DNA of 64,000 bases from NCBI GenBank assembly GCA_963514005.1, contig OY740797.1, forward strand, positions 43,586,001 to 43,650,000, in the 5' to 3' direction. The notes beneath the pieces are model-generated. The model was not told the origin of the DNA, did no database searches, and was given only the letters and a program-made list of their open reading frames with translations. Positions 38,231-51,875 of the stretch are shown here, piece by piece (position 1 is the stretch's first letter; each line of letters begins with the position of its first letter). The stretch comes from Raja brachyura (lineage: Eukaryota). Made by a program: the position numbers and the translations under genes.

Positions 38231-38492
38231 TACCCAGATTTTCTCTAATGCTATTGGGCATCATTTGGGGCACATTATCTGCAATATACTTGGCACATTG
38301 ACCCGTGAGGTCCTGTACAGCTATATTCTGGTTTAAGGGATAAACATTCTTGTCAATGTAAGTTGTGTTAGTTTTGCAAGCTGCAGAATATTGTTGGCAT
38401 TTTATGTACTATTGCAAACCGTATTACCGTAAGGTGCCAACTCCTCTCAACTCATGTTTCCATGATCTGCTCTTTAATCAGAGGTAGTCATG

Positions 38493-39276
38493 AGGGCCTG
38501 TCCCACTTAGGCAACTTTTTAGGCGAGTCCAGGAGACTCTGCGCTCGTTTCACATGGTCGCCTCATGTTCGCTGTTGGTCTCTGGTGAGTCTGCTTCGTG
38601 GTCACGAGGAGTTGCTGCATTCTGGGAACTAGTCACGGCCTCAGTATGGTCGCCGCAATTTTTTCAACATGTTGAAACATTTTCTGCGACCAAAAATTGG
38701 TCACCATGGAGAAAATCGATAATCCTGTAGTCGTAGGTGCAGTTGTAGTGGGGTCGCCATGTAGTTATGGGTAGTCGAGGTAGTCGTAGGTAGTTTAGTT
38801 AATCGCTTTTGCTGACTGGGCATTTTCATTGGCTCATCGAGGAAAAAAAACGTAAGCACGAGTTTTCAGAACCAAGGATAACCGACCGGTAATGTTAAAT
38901 GCCCACTGAACTTCACAGCTGTGTATCTCTGGCTTATTAAAAGTTGTCTGGCTTCTTAAAAGTATCTCCACTCCTTCTCTCCCCTTCTCCCCTCCTCCCA
39001 CCCTCCCCCTTTTTAAAGTGTACTTACCGTACACTGTGCTAGCCATCTTAACCTTCCTGTTCATCGCGGTGTATGTCTGTATCACCTTGGCTTTGCACTG
39101 TGTGAATTTCAGACACGGCTCCCCCGCTTTCCCTGGGCCCCGCCTTTGTGATGTGTTTGTGTGTGTGTGTTCCACTCTGACAGTCGCCGTTCCAGTTCCC
39201 GGCTTTTCAGGCAGGTGCCGCGAACTTGACATTCGCCGGCAGTCCGCTGAAAAATCGCCTAAGTGGGACAGGCCCT
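38493..39276. mobile_element. Non-autonomous PIF/Harbinger-type element
   Basis: Perfect 20-bp TIRs AGGGCCTGTCCCACTTAGGC / GCCTAAGTGGGACAGGCCCT, ATG/ATA flanks, inserted in a CR1 tail. Confidence 0.85.
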
Positions 39277-39635
39277 ATAAGGTCACAAGTGATGGGAGCA
39301 GAATTATGCCATTCAGCCCATCAAGTCTACTCCACCATTCAATCACGGCTGATCTATCTCTCCATCTGAACCCCATTCTCCTGCCTTTTCCCCATAACTC
39401 CTGACACCCGTACTAATCAAGAATCTATCTGTCTCTGCCTTAAAAAAATATCCATTGATTTGGCCTCTGTAGCCTTCAGTGGCAAATAATTCCACTGATT
39501 CACAACCCTCCAATTAAAGAAATTCCTCCTCATCTTCTTCCTCAAGGAATGTCCTTTAATTCCGAGGCTATAACCTTTGGTCATTAAGCTCTCCCACTAG
39601 TGGAAACGTCCTCTCCACACCCACTCTATCCAAGC
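39277..39635 (-). mobile_element. CR1 LINE 3' fragment
   Basis: gcagaattatgccattcagcccatc...ccccataac...aatcaagaatctatc...ctctcccactagtggaaac...ccactctatccaag. Confidence 0.85.
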
Positions 39636-40084
39636 CTTGGATAGTAGTAAAAGATAGCTAGAAAAAGCTATACAACTTGAAGCCCTCTCATCAAGTGCTG
39701 AATTCATTTCATTGACCCACTCTTGAATTGCAAGCAGCTGTTTCCTCTCACAAGATAGTAATTTGGCCCTTTCCTCCCACCCCCTTCTGCTCGCACCTTT
39801 GATACTGTACCTGCTCCATAAGGGAGAAAAAAATGCTCAAATTAGCCAGCTCTATTCTCCTGATCCAAGCTTACTGTTCATCGTGCCGCATCCCTGCACT
39901 GCTTCTTGCACCTTCTGCTTCGTATTGCAGTGCCATCTTTTTACTGGCTCTGCTCAATATGCAGCGCATGGATGGATGAATATTGCCATCGCTCTCACTG
40001 CAACTTGGAATCCTTAAACACAGATAATTGGTAGCTCCAAACCCGGCCATAATGCATTAGGAGCCAACATGTCAAATTCCTAAG

Positions 40085-40230
40085 CAAGACACAAATTACT
40101 GGAGGAACTCAACTGGACAGGCAGCACCTGAGAAAGGAAATGGACTGAACGCATTTTGGGTCAGGACCCTTCCTCAGATTTTCTTGAGCACTTTGTCTTC
40201 TGTTCAAGATTCTGGCATCTGCAGTCCCTC
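40085..40230. mobile_element. Penelope-like terminal repeat, degenerate
   Basis: gacacaaattactggaggaactc...ttttgggtcaggacccttcctcag, then the inverted gcatctgcagtccc. Confidence 0.6.
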
Positions 40231-40959
40231 TGACTCCCATTTTAAACTCTATATGTCATCTATAGAAATATCAGTTGGGTGTGAGACTTCCCTGTCTCTC
40301 TAATTTGTAAATCGATCAGTGTGAGTGTCTAAGTTGAGTGTGAAATCTGCCTGACTAGAAAATTCCTATTTTTGATGCCAGTCCCATGTTGACCATTTGG
40401 GCAGATTTGATGTGTGGAGCTCATCTCACTGCTTTAGGAAGGGAAGTGGAGGTGGGGGGCGGCCTGGGGGACGTAAATATCTGCATGTTCCGAGGCGGAC
40501 GCCAGGACATAAAATTGCCCAGAGTCAAATGCCCTGCTAATCGCCTCGCTGCGACGTCCTGTGAAAAATGAGCGCTGATCCTCTAGCTGCTGCAACCATC
40601 AGCCGGACTCGCAGTGAGGCGGCAGAACGCAATGGGTAAAAAAAAAAGCAACTGGAATTCCAAAATTGAAAAGAAATTCCAAAATTGGGTTGGAAAAAAA
40701 AATGTCATCCGAGCACCACAACAAAATAATCTGTTTAAGATAAGAAAACATTTAATCTTATCAGATCTGTGAGATATTATCACACCAATGCTGCCTTTTG
40801 TACCAACAGATACAGTGTACCACGGTATCTCCCAATTCAGTGTCGAGGTGGTGTCGTTCCCAGCAAGTGTGGCGTTGAATGACATTGACTGGACCTTGTT
40901 GGTCACTTCTGCCACATCTAACTTGGGGGAGGGGAGAGAGAAACACGTCAACTTGAGAC

Positions 40960-41072
40960 AATCACAAAATGCTGGAGTAACTCCGCGGGGCAGGCAGCAT
41001 CTCTGCATCCCACTCCTCCTCTCCAGAGATGCTGCCCGTCCCGCTGAGTTACTCCAGCATTTCGTGTCTACA
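40960..41072. mobile_element. Penelope-derived foldback
   Basis: aaatgctggagtaactccgcggggcaggcagcatctctg pairs with cagagatgctgcccgtcccgctgagttactccagcattt. Confidence 0.8.
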
Positions 41073-43002
41073 AAACATTCAGCATTAATGTTTCTCAACT
41101 CAGGGCTTGAACCAACATCCATCCCCATTGTTTATAGCGGGCAGCAGAGTTTCATTGACTTGCCTGATTGACGGCAATCAGGCAGGGATCAGCTTTGCCC
41201 GGGTGGAGACCGCAGGTTGCGCTGGTCTATTATTATACGGCTAGGTGCAGTATAACTGGAGCATGAAATACGAGGAGCAAAAGGCTTTTTCTCTTGATGC
41301 TGCCGTGCACTGACTGCAGCCACAGCGCTGCTACGTGGAACCATATGTGTCATTAAACGTGACCAGTGGAGGCGCTGCCGGAGCCTGGCAGCAGATCAGT
41401 GCCTCCTCGCTTTAGTTCTGACTTTAAGAAGTCTGTAAAGATAAATCAGTTTAACTTTGCAATTGAGAGAAGAAGAATCCAGGCCCTTGATTAAAACCTC
41501 ATGCTGTCGTGGGCAGTCAGTTATGCTCCATTCTGTAAAGCCCGTAACAAGTAAAGTCCAGCCCGTGTTTGTTGCAAGGTTATTTCACACCTGCAAATCT
41601 CAGCCTCGCGAACCACGCCGGGACCTGTTGCAGCGACTCCCAGGGGAGCAACCATTCTGACCCCTCGCCACAGTGTGGAAATAAAACCGATTGCCCTCCC
41701 CTAGTGTGTGCATTGTCGAGTTGTGAGTCAGCAAGGATGATGCGAGGAATTTATAGACCCGGGGTCGGCTGCAAAATTAAAACAAAAATCAGCTTCGGTT
41801 TGGGGGAGGAAGCGGGCGAGAGAATTATCCTCGTAATTATCCTCGCAGTTTGAAGCCCCTCGATCCAGGCACGACAAAGCTGGGCCAGGAAAAATAATTA
41901 TCACTTAGAAAAAGTCGATGATTTTTTTTTTCATTGCTTTCTTATTAAAAAACTTTCAACCCCCGCACCCCCCAAAGTGAATAAGTAAGTCATCGCAGTC
42001 CAGTAGCATGATTTTCTTTCATATAACAACATGACAAGGTTGCAATGTTGGGCAATGATGCGCAGACTGAATTCCTGTGCTCGCCAATTTTGTAAGACTT
42101 GCAGATGTTTTTTTTTTAGATTGTGGCTGGTTTACAGAGCAATTTGAACTTTAGTGACATTTCACCTTTTGAATTTCGCAATGAAGAGGGCAGGTTTGAT
42201 CGCTGATAGGAGGTTTCCAATCACGTTGTTATACTCGGTCTCGGAGAAGTGCCTTGTGTAACACCTCATTATCTCACCATAGAACCTGGTCTTTGGGGAG
42301 TGCAGCATCTCAGTTGCACACGATGGGAGTTAAGGAATCCTGCCCACTTGCCTTATGATCACGATCTCTCGCCTAGAATCCCAGCACCACTTTATTCGGT
42401 GCATCAGTTTGACAAGGAAGCAGTAAAACAGATTTCATATTGGAGTAGGTTGGGCACGTTGGAAGCAATGGCTATTAAATTAAGGAATGTGTTACCAGAA
42501 ACAAGCCATTGAAGTTTGACTGGTAGCATGCTGGCTTAACATTTGAAGAAAACACTTAAGACGGAAAAAATGGGAAGTAAGAGTGGACTTGTTGGCTGTA
42601 AAATGGCGTTAACACTGATTGAATAACACATCATTAGATTTCTGATTTTCATGAGTCATTGCGCTAGTTAGTCTCACTAAAACAATGAGACGTAGACAAA
42701 CCCCATTTAATATCATACACCTAACATTTTTCAAAATTTAACACTTGCGATTATGAAATGCTTGGAAAACGCATTTAAATGGCAATTTATTCTCAAAGCA
42801 TTTCACAACATTTGATTTAATTCAGCGCAAGGCTGGCAGCCAGTCATGGGATACACATGATGCCACCATTCTGTGAACATGTGCATCTGCATCCATTTTG
42901 AAGCCTTTTCATTTCCAGGGGTAATTTCATGGAGTTTCTAGAGTAGGTTGGATTATCCCTTTCAGAGGTTCTCACTGGATTCAGAGAAAAAGGAAGGATT
43001 AC

Positions 43003-43150
43003 ATGTAGGAAGGAACTGCAGATGCTGGTTTAAACAAAAGACAGACACAAACAGCTGCAGCGGGTCACACAGCATTTCTGGAGAAAAGGAATAGGCTCCA
43101 GAGATGCTGTCTGGCCCACTGAGTTACTCCAGCTTTTTGTACCTATCTTA
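43003..43150. mobile_element. Penelope-derived foldback
   Basis: tgtaggaaggaactgcagatgctgg...ctggag / ctccagagatgctgtc...gagttactccagc. Confidence 0.75.
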
Positions 43151-43254
43151 CTCTTGATTATTTTCAGTTTAGGATAGGGAGAGTGGTGTTGGTTGATTAG
43201 CCTCTGTCAGTGGCTCTAAACTGCACTGGAATACCAAGTTGTGCTTCATGCTAG

Positions 43255-43427
43255 ATTTAGATCTAGAGTTAGATAGAGCTCTAGGGGCTAGTTGAGTTAA
43301 GGGATATGGGGAGAAGGCAGGCACAGGTTATTGATAGGTGACGATCAGCCACGATCACAATGAATGGCGGTGCTGGCTCGAAGGCCCAAATGGCCTCCTC
43401 CTGCACCTATTTTCTATGTTTCTATGC
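43255..43427 (+). mobile_element. CR1 LINE 3' terminus
   Basis: gagttagatagagctctaggggctag...ggatatggggagaaggcagg...ggcctcctcctgcacctattttctatgtttctatg tail. Confidence 0.85.
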
Positions 43428-45465
43428 TGAGTATTGGGTGTTGGATCTGAAACCATTCTGTTTTGTCTCTGCGTTCAGAAAGAAAATAACAAACACCTAA
43501 AGGAAAGCAATGATGGGAGAACAAATGAGTTCTAGAATTAAATGAGCCGTAGCTTTGCAGAACAGTGAGGAAAACCTTGTTTAGAAACAGAAGAGCTGCA
43601 ATATTTTCATCATCATCTTGGCTTTTAATATATGAGAAAAGGAACGTAATTAAAAAACGCACAATGCCATGGTTGTATTATTAATTTTTTTAAATCATAC
43701 TGCCTATGATGCTGCATTCATCTATGTGGTGTATGGTACAACTTTATAAATGCAAACTTATCACTGCAAAAGATGCCACAAAGGGATTCCATTGTAATCA
43801 GTAAAGGTGTCTGGGCATTAATATAGATGCATTCTGTTGAAAAAGAGTGCTTTAATGAATTAGAGTCGTAATGGAGTGGATTGCATTATCACAATAAATT
43901 ATCACCATAAATTAACCACATCGCTGCAGTTTTAGCCGAATGTCTGAAAAAAATCTACGATTTTAAAAGACGCTAAAGATAACTTATTTTAATAGCTTAC
44001 TTTAGTCACTAGTTAAAGAAAGTAAATTGACTGCAATAATTATTTGTGCAAGTGTTTTAGGAGGCTATGTAACTTTGCTTTAGTAGAAATGTAACACTAT
44101 TAATCTATCATTAATCTGGTGCTCTTGATAATTTTTTTTAACATTTTCTATTGAATACTCAGATTCTTTTTTGTGTCAACCATCTTGCTGCACCGCAGTA
44201 CCAAAGGAACAAATGCGGTCAGATCATCGAGTCAGTACCGACTATGTTGTCAGGATAGATACCACAATCTATCACCATAAAAAAACATTGACAATATTTA
44301 GCCCTTGAGAAAACACCAGTGTTTTATTTCACATTTTCTCAAAGACTAGCATGTGATTCAGTGGTACCTACTGACACTGTTCAAACTCCAGCTCTGCATG
44401 GCACTGACAGTACAATGGGGAATAAAATACTAGATCTGTCAGATAGCCCTGCACTACGGCACTCTGTGGTTTAACAATACAGCCACTTGACCTATACACA
44501 GAAGTTTTAATGGTTCATTTCTAATGGATTAGTCTTTTTAGCATTTGGCTCTGTTTCAAAAGTCAGGCGATCAGTCTAAATATCTCGCCAGAATAAACGG
44601 TTGATTGAATATCTACAGCCGTGGACAGTCTAAGGTGAGAGCGGAGCAATTCTTTTTGTCCCGTACACAGGGTTTGATGTTACAGATCGCAAGTTCTCAT
44701 TGGAACTCAGCAACATAATTTTCTAATAAAAACCAGAGCATTGCCAACAGAGGGTCTTTATGATCATCCCTGACTACAGGAGAGCAGGCTCCAATACTGC
44801 ACTCAATATTGTAATGAAACCACCAGCACATACATACACCCTTGAGGCTTAATTCGAGGGTGAATCTACATTTTATGAATTTACATATGCCATCTTTTTG
44901 CATTCCCTGGACAAATAACACAAAATGAAATTGGAAATGTATGAACGAGTCAAAAAACAAATTACACATATTTAAATTGATTTCTATTTTTCCCCTTGTT
45001 GATAACTATTTATGCTTCTTTCCACCCACCACACACCTTTCTCCCCCCATCATCCCATATAAACAAGCTATTATCCCACATAAATGAGGGATCAAAGTGA
45101 ATTATTTGATCAGGGTACCACAGAGAAAAATAAATATAGATGGGGTATTTTTATAACTTTATCTGGTTTGGATATTAAGCAGCATGTTAAGGATGCAACT
45201 CCCAACATTCATTAGCTTGTAGCCATACTCTGATGATTATTTTACAGACGTTGCTATAATAATGAAGCTTCATTAGAAATTTGAATACAGTAATTGCATT
45301 AATTAGTTAATAGATGCTCAATGTGTTTAATATATATGAACTTCTTTGTCAAAAATAAATTGATAATCACTGTACAGAAACACGTGAACTGCTTAGTATC
45401 TTTTGTGTGAGGTTGCAGAGACTTCTTTATCACTGATAGTGTTTGTCGCTTTAACAAAGGAAGTG

Positions 45466-45676
45466 AAGATAGACACAAAATGCTGGAGTAACTTAGCAGG
45501 TCAGGCAGCATCTCTGGAGAAAAGGAATAGGTGACGTTTCGGGTCGAGATCCTTCTCAGTCGCCACCTGAAATGTCACCTATTTTTTCCAGAATGCTGCC
45601 TGACCCGTTGAGTTACTCCAGCATTTTGTGTCTATCTCCATTGCAAACCAGTATCTGCAGCTCTTTCTTACACACT
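45466..45676. mobile_element. Penelope-derived foldback with ~15-bp TSD
   Basis: gatagacacaaaatgctggagtaact...aataggtgac / gtcacctatt...agttactccagcattttgtgtctatc. Flanks ttaacaaaggaagtg (45451-45465) / ttaacaaagtaagtg (45682-45696). Confidence 0.85.
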
Positions 45677-46199
45677 ACTCCTTAACAAAGTAAGTGTTCA
45701 TTGCAAATAAGCTATTGACACCATGACGCCATTGTTTACTATCTAACATAACTAAATACTTGCATTAAGGGTTAATATAGTTAGATTTATACAGCATATC
45801 TTTAGTCAAAGTTTCCAAATATGACTAATGTACCACAAGCCCATTTACCAACTCCCCAATCATCTACCAGCAATCAGAAGCCTGTGGTTCATAATCCAGA
45901 AAGGATTTAGCGTTGAAAAGTAACCATTGAGCACATATGAAAATGATGCATTTCTGTCCATTAACTTGAAAACAACGACAGGTTGCCAAATTTGTCCGAA
46001 TTTTGTTTTAAAATTGCTGTTCATTGCATCCATGCACGATTCTAATCCATGCCAGTACTGATGCAGGTGGGAAAGCACAACAGAGTGAAACTCTCTCACA
46101 TTGTGTGTGCACATAATACTGAACAAGCGATGTCTGGCACTGGGCAATGCTGACTGTGTATCAGCTCTGTCAAATAGGACATCAAGGATGCAGTCAAGT

Positions 46200-46980
46200 T
46201 ATCAGTGTTTTATTCTCATATGTCCCAGATAGAACAATGAAATTCATATTTGCAGCAGCACAACAGAATATGTTAACATAGTACATTGTAAACAATATAA
46301 TAAACAAGAGAGAAAATAAGGTTCAGTGTGTGTGAATATACACACATTCACAAATACACAATACATTATATATGTATATATATATGCACACGCACACATA
46401 CGTACACAAAAAAACCACTAATAGTGCAATAATAACAATAATAGTCTAGGTTAGTGCTTATTTGAGGTTGTAGTGTTTAATAGCCAGATGTCCGTATGGG
46501 AGAAGCTGTTCCTGAACCTGGACGTTACAGTTTTCAGGTTCCTATGCCTTATTTCCAATGGCAGGGGTGAAATGAGTGTGTGGCCAGGGTGGTGATGCTA
46601 GCTGCCTTTTTGATTCCGGTAAATCCCTTTGATGGTGGGGAGGTCAGAGCCCATGATGGACTGGGCAGTGTTCACAACCTTTTGCAATCTTCTTCGATCC
46701 TGGGCATTCAAGTTATTAATATCATGTTTATCTATAGTATCAGCACACTGTAAATCGCATGATTGTAATCATGTAATGTCTTTCTGCTCACTGAATAGCA
46801 TGCAACAGGAGCTATTCACTGGACCTTGGTACACGTGACAATAACCTAAACTAGACTGAAACTACTTGAGTTAGAACTGATGACATCTATGTATAGTATA
46901 TCTGATCTGTTTGGATAGCATGCAAAACAAAGCTTTGCATTCTACCTCAGTACACATGACAATAATAAACCTAACACTAA
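46200..46980. mobile_element. Rex1/Babar-type LINE 3' end (minus, 46200-46690) followed by plus-strand LINE tails
   Basis: gggagaagctgttcctgaacctggacgttacag as at 270-310, then gattgtaatcatg...gtacacgtgacaataa tails. Confidence 0.7.
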
Positions 46981-47229
46981 AAGACAACATTCCAAACCAG
47001 ATTTACATAACAACTCATCCCAAGGTTCATACGAGGTCAATTAATTACTCTCGTGCATTTCCTTATTGCTCAATGTGGCCCCATGTCCCAAAGCGGTGCT
47101 CCGCCGGTGGTTGCAGTTGGAAGGTTCTGCACAGAATCTTACACCCCTTGAAATTATACTTGTGATTTCTGGCGAGTTTGCTTATTCATTGAGCATTTCA
47201 CAGTGCATTCCCATCAGCTGGCCCCTATA

Positions 47230-47562
47230 GAGAGACACAAGCAGAAACAGGCCATTCAGCCCACCAGATGTGTGTGACCATCAACATCCTATTTGTACTA
47301 GTTCCATACTTCCATCCCCCCCCCTCCCTCCAGATTGTACCACTTAGCTACATATTAGGCGTAATTTACAGTGGCCAATTAACCTACCAACTCACACATT
47401 GTTGAGATGTGGAAAGAAATTGGATCAACCGGGGAAAACTCAGGCAGCCGAAGGGAGAAACTGTCAAACTCCACCTCCATAAGACAACACCTGAGGTCAT
47501 TCTTGAAGCTGAGTCTCCAGCATAGTGAAACTGGTTCCACTGGCTGTGGCACACTGTTGCCT
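47230..47562 (-). mobile_element. Degenerate V-SINE
   Basis: gaaacaggccattcagcccacc...aatttacagtggccaattaacctac...ggggaaaactc...caaactccac. Confidence 0.6.
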
Positions 47563-48497
47563 TCGATCTGTGTCCTCAGAATGTGAGTTGACTTCAGTTG
47601 TAAGGGAGCCAGTTCCTAGATCAGACTGGAGATACTGGGGCTCAATAACTCATTGGATGTAGATTCTATTACTAAGCAATGTGTTGGAATCTGAGCTGGT
47701 GGCTACATTTGGATTCTCTCCACACTGTGGCCTTCACAGAGCCTTACCTTCTTTCCCCATTGTGGCTTTCGCACACCCTCCTTTCACCAGGTTGTGTCTA
47801 CCATCTTATTAGCAAAATATGGTGACACCTCTTACCTGTTGCAGCCAGCTGCACCAAACTTTAAGAGTTGTACAATAGTTTTGATTAGGAAAAAGTTGTC
47901 TCTCTCCTCCAAAATTAGGCTTCACCTTGAAATGCTAACGTGATCAAACATGATATCCAGTTTAGTGTCAATGTTTCCGTAGATTTATTATCATTCTGCA
48001 AAAAACATGATCTCACACCAAATCTCTGCTAAAATCAGGTATAACTCAGATGGTGAGATATACCTGTTTTTTCTATTGAATAGAACTAAACTTTTCACCA
48101 TAGCATTGGAAAAAAATAGTACAATTCCCAATCGTATGAAGAATGTGCATAAATTCCACCTGTAAATAATACCATCTGCTTTCTGTGCGTTAATTTTTCC
48201 AGCTTCCTTTCATCATTTATTTTCTCATGACTTGCCAAAGCATTATGGCAGAAAGAGTTGGAAATGTGTGGAATTACATTATAAATGTCCAATTTTCACT
48301 CATCCAGTAACACATAGCATTCAAAATAAGGTGACAAAAGTACATTAAAGGAATGTTGGAACATCTTTTGTGACAAAATAATCATGGAATTGACTGGAAT
48401 TTTCATTTTATGTCGATATCTGAAAGGAACATAAAATTTAATTAAATATATAAAATTACCCCAAAAAAAGACTTGCATTGTGCTGCAGTACTGTTTT

Positions 48498-48782
48498 CCA
48501 GACAGTTTCTTCCCAGCTTTTATCAGGCAACTGAACCATCTTACCAACAACTCGAGCGCTGTCCTGAACTGCTATCTATCTCATTGGAGACCCTCGGATC
48601 GAACTTTACTGACTTTATCTTGCACTAAATATTATTCACGTTATTCCCTTTATCATGTATCTTTACGCTGTGGACGGCTCGATTGTAATCATGTATTGTC
48701 TTTCCGCTGACTGGTTAGCACGCAACAAAAGCTTTTCACTGTACCTCGGTACATGTGAGAATGATCTAAACTCAAACTCACC
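48498..48782 (+). mobile_element. Rex1/Babar-type LINE 3' end
   Basis: DSFFPAFIRQLNH, then the UTR ...aaagcttttcactgtacctcggtacatgtga. Confidence 0.7.
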
Positions 48783-49664
48783 AACAGCTAACGTGGCAGC
48801 TAAAATAGGCGTAGATATCAAAAGAGGAGCAAGGATGAATGTTGTGTGAAGTAGATGCTTCGAGCTTTATCCAGGAAGGTGACACAGAACGAGATAAAAG
48901 CTTAATTAGTGTCATGACAGTTAAAATCTGCTGCAAAAAGTTGCAGTTTTAGATTTTGATTGAGTAGTTGTTTCACTTACTGTGTAGGTTTAATGTCTTC
49001 AGTGCAATTTGCATATTAAACGGTAATAATCTGTCAACAAAGGAGATGCGATAACTGCGGTGTGCTAAACTTACACCCAACGGGAGAAATTTGAAAAATG
49101 AACACGTATTTTTAATATTTATTCACAACTTCAAGCATTTCCAAGATGCTTCATTTCCAATGAATAACTACCGAGAAATGAAAAAGTGCATTTGTGAAAA
49201 TCTGAAACAAAGACATGTCACAGCCATGATCACATTGAATGGCGGTGCTGGCTCGAACGGTCGAATGGCCTACTCCTGCACCTATTGTCTATTGTCTAAC
49301 ACTGGTGATGTCCTGCAGACCAGGCAGCATCTGTGCGAATTAATTCAGGGCACGATTTGCTTTATGATTGGTTGCAAAGTTGATCGTGACAACCTCTTCC
49401 AGCTTAGAAGTGAAGATTTTTGCAGTGTCTCAAAATTTCCCATCTACTATTATGCAATGTAGATCACTGAGGGTCTTTTTTATGGAGAATCAGTGACACT
49501 GCACCCAGCTTTGCTAGTATTGTAAGTTTACCATAGAGCAGACTGCTATTGACTGCACACACCACTTGCAAATGTTGCATCCAATACTCTGCCCCTTACT
49601 AGAAAAGAATGGGAATTCAACTACTAGAGGTTTATCAATAAAAGGAGTTAATAACACGTTCACA

Positions 49665-49902
49665 AGTTATATGAGTAGAATTAGGCCATTCAGCCCATCA
49701 GGTCTACTCCACCTAATCACGTTTTCCTGCCTTCTCCCCATAACCCTTGACACCCGTTCTTATCAAAAACCTATCTATCTCTGCCTCAAATATATCCACT
49801 GACTTGGCCTCCACAGCCCTCTGTGGCAATGAGTTGCACCGATTAACTACCCTCTGACTAACGAAGTTGTCCTTTTTTAAAACAGCACCCTTTAATTCTG
49901 AA
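49665..49902 (-). mobile_element. CR1 LINE 3' fragment
   Basis: gtagaattaggccattcagcccatc...ccttctccccataacccttgacacc...ggcctccacagccctctgtggc. Confidence 0.8.
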
Positions 49903-51479
49903 TAACAATTTAATTTGAGCTATTATGTTTAAGTGGAAGAAAAACATGGAGGGGGTAGTACAATTAGTGTGTTTTGTCAAATTCAAGGAGTTTCTGTTTC
50001 GAAGATTCCAATGTCACCACAGATGGCAAGATCACTGCTTTGCGATTTTAGTTGGTTGCACTTTGTACGGTGCCTGTTTTCTTTACAGATATCAAATCTA
50101 ATCTTCTGCGTTGTGACAAAAGGTTTGTTTAAAAAGCGCTGTTTATATACATATGGTAGCAACTGCAATTAAAATAGTTTGGCCACATAGCCACATTTCA
50201 GATCTCCAGATGCCATCAAAGATTTTCCACATAGGTTTATTAAAGGCTCACTAATAATATCCTCTTATAGAAAGCTGATTACAAGCACATATCTCCCGGC
50301 CTTAATGCCCTTCTACATTTAATGTGGACCAGCCATTACAGAATTGGTGACGTTTTAAGTTAAGTAATTAAATAATAGTTTATTAATTAATAAAAGTCCT
50401 TGAGGTATAGGAAATCTTTACCTCCATTTAAATCATGTGTGGAAACTATATGTATTGGGTGACAGAGGTAACCAATATTTCCTAGATTGCAATATGTAAA
50501 TATGTTTCCTACTCCAACCCGAAACTTGGATGCAAATTCTGAATGATTAGATCACTTTTGACCTTCAATTTGGCCTTGACATATTGGGCATGAAAATCTG
50601 CAAGGCTACTGACCACATCTTAATCATTGTAACCAAATGGTCAGCACCTGCTTCTGATGGAATTCTGCCCAGACAGGAGATCAGAAAACAGATTGCCAAC
50701 CCTCCCTTGTGCTAAATTGTCACGGTTGGGAGAAAGCCCTGGGAAATTCCATCCGATACCCACGATAATAGATCTAATATAACAAACTTAATGAAGGCTC
50801 AAGAATGCCACAGGTAGCATGTACTTCATCTGAGTGGAGATTGATTACTTTGTTTGAAGTGACACAGGTGGGATCACTCCTGTGAAGTACTTCCTCATCT
50901 GCAGCTCCAGTATCAATTTGACATGGGTACAGTTCCTACATTTGGGGGGGCAGAGGTGGAATTGAGATGAACGCACACCCCTGAAAGTTATGATTGTTGC
51001 AGTGACCCTACCCTAAATATGCTTGTGCTGACGGATTAATGCTAAATTCAACGCCTTCCCCTGTTGGTGCCCAGGGGATTTACACCATCCAACACACTCA
51101 ACGTCAACTGCTAAAGACTTTTCCTGGCAGCAATGAATAGTTTCATCCAATGCTCTTGCCGACTATGTTGTCGTTCAGAAGTGAAGTTCATGAATATTTC
51201 TAAAATAGTATCGTCTCGCACACTTTTGCGTTGGTAGTGCCTTAACCTGGAGCACTTAAAAGCTTTGCAGAAAAGTAACCTCTCCACTTCTGTGGCGAAC
51301 AGTTCACTTTCAAAAAACAGTACTTCCCAAATCACACAATTGCAACAATTTCCAACAGGCAAGTTGTTTTAACTTGTCGATTTTGACAATCAACCATCTT
51401 CAGTTTTAAAGTTTTGAGCTCTGCTGCCTTTTTGGGGAGATGCTGACACTTTCAGGGATCTTAACTTGCAACGTTCTTG

Positions 51480-51875
51480 TCTATAGTAAAAGATCGGCAT
51501 TTCAAAGATCAGAGAAAACCGCTGTTTAATATTTATCCCTCAACCAAAACCCAAAATACACAATCAGAAGAAGGGTCACGACCCTAAATGTCACCCATTC
51601 CTTCTGTCCTGTGATGCAGCCTGACCCGCTGAGTTACTCCAACATTTTGTGTCTACCTTCCATTTAAACCAGCATCTGCAGTTCTTTCCTACCAAAAAAA
51701 TACAAGATTGTTTTTCCATTATGGAATTGCTGATTGTAAGACTGCATTGCTGTAACTGGTGGCTGCTGTATCTTAATTGTACCATGAATATTATTCAAAT
51801 GTACTTCATTAGCTGTAAAATGCTTTGGGACTTTTGGAAATCATAAAAGACAAATTATAAATGCAAGTCTTTTTT
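51480..51875 (+). mobile_element. DeuSINE (SacSINE1/AmnSINE-like) remnant interrupted by a Penelope repeat
   Basis: atatttatccctcaacc (Deu domain) and the tail ttcaaatgtacttcattagctgtaaaatgctttgggac...tataaatgcaagtctt. Confidence 0.55.
51562..51692 (+). mobile_element. Penelope-like terminal repeat
   Basis: cagaagaagggtcacgaccctaaatgtcacccattccttct...cagcatctgcagttctttcctac, with aaaataca on both flanks. Confidence 0.75.

Noticed and set aside
41360-41378. CTCF site (gaccagtggaggcgctg)
   Set aside because: The spacing is one base short of the CCASYAGRKGGCRC core, so the match is too weak without a PWM scan.
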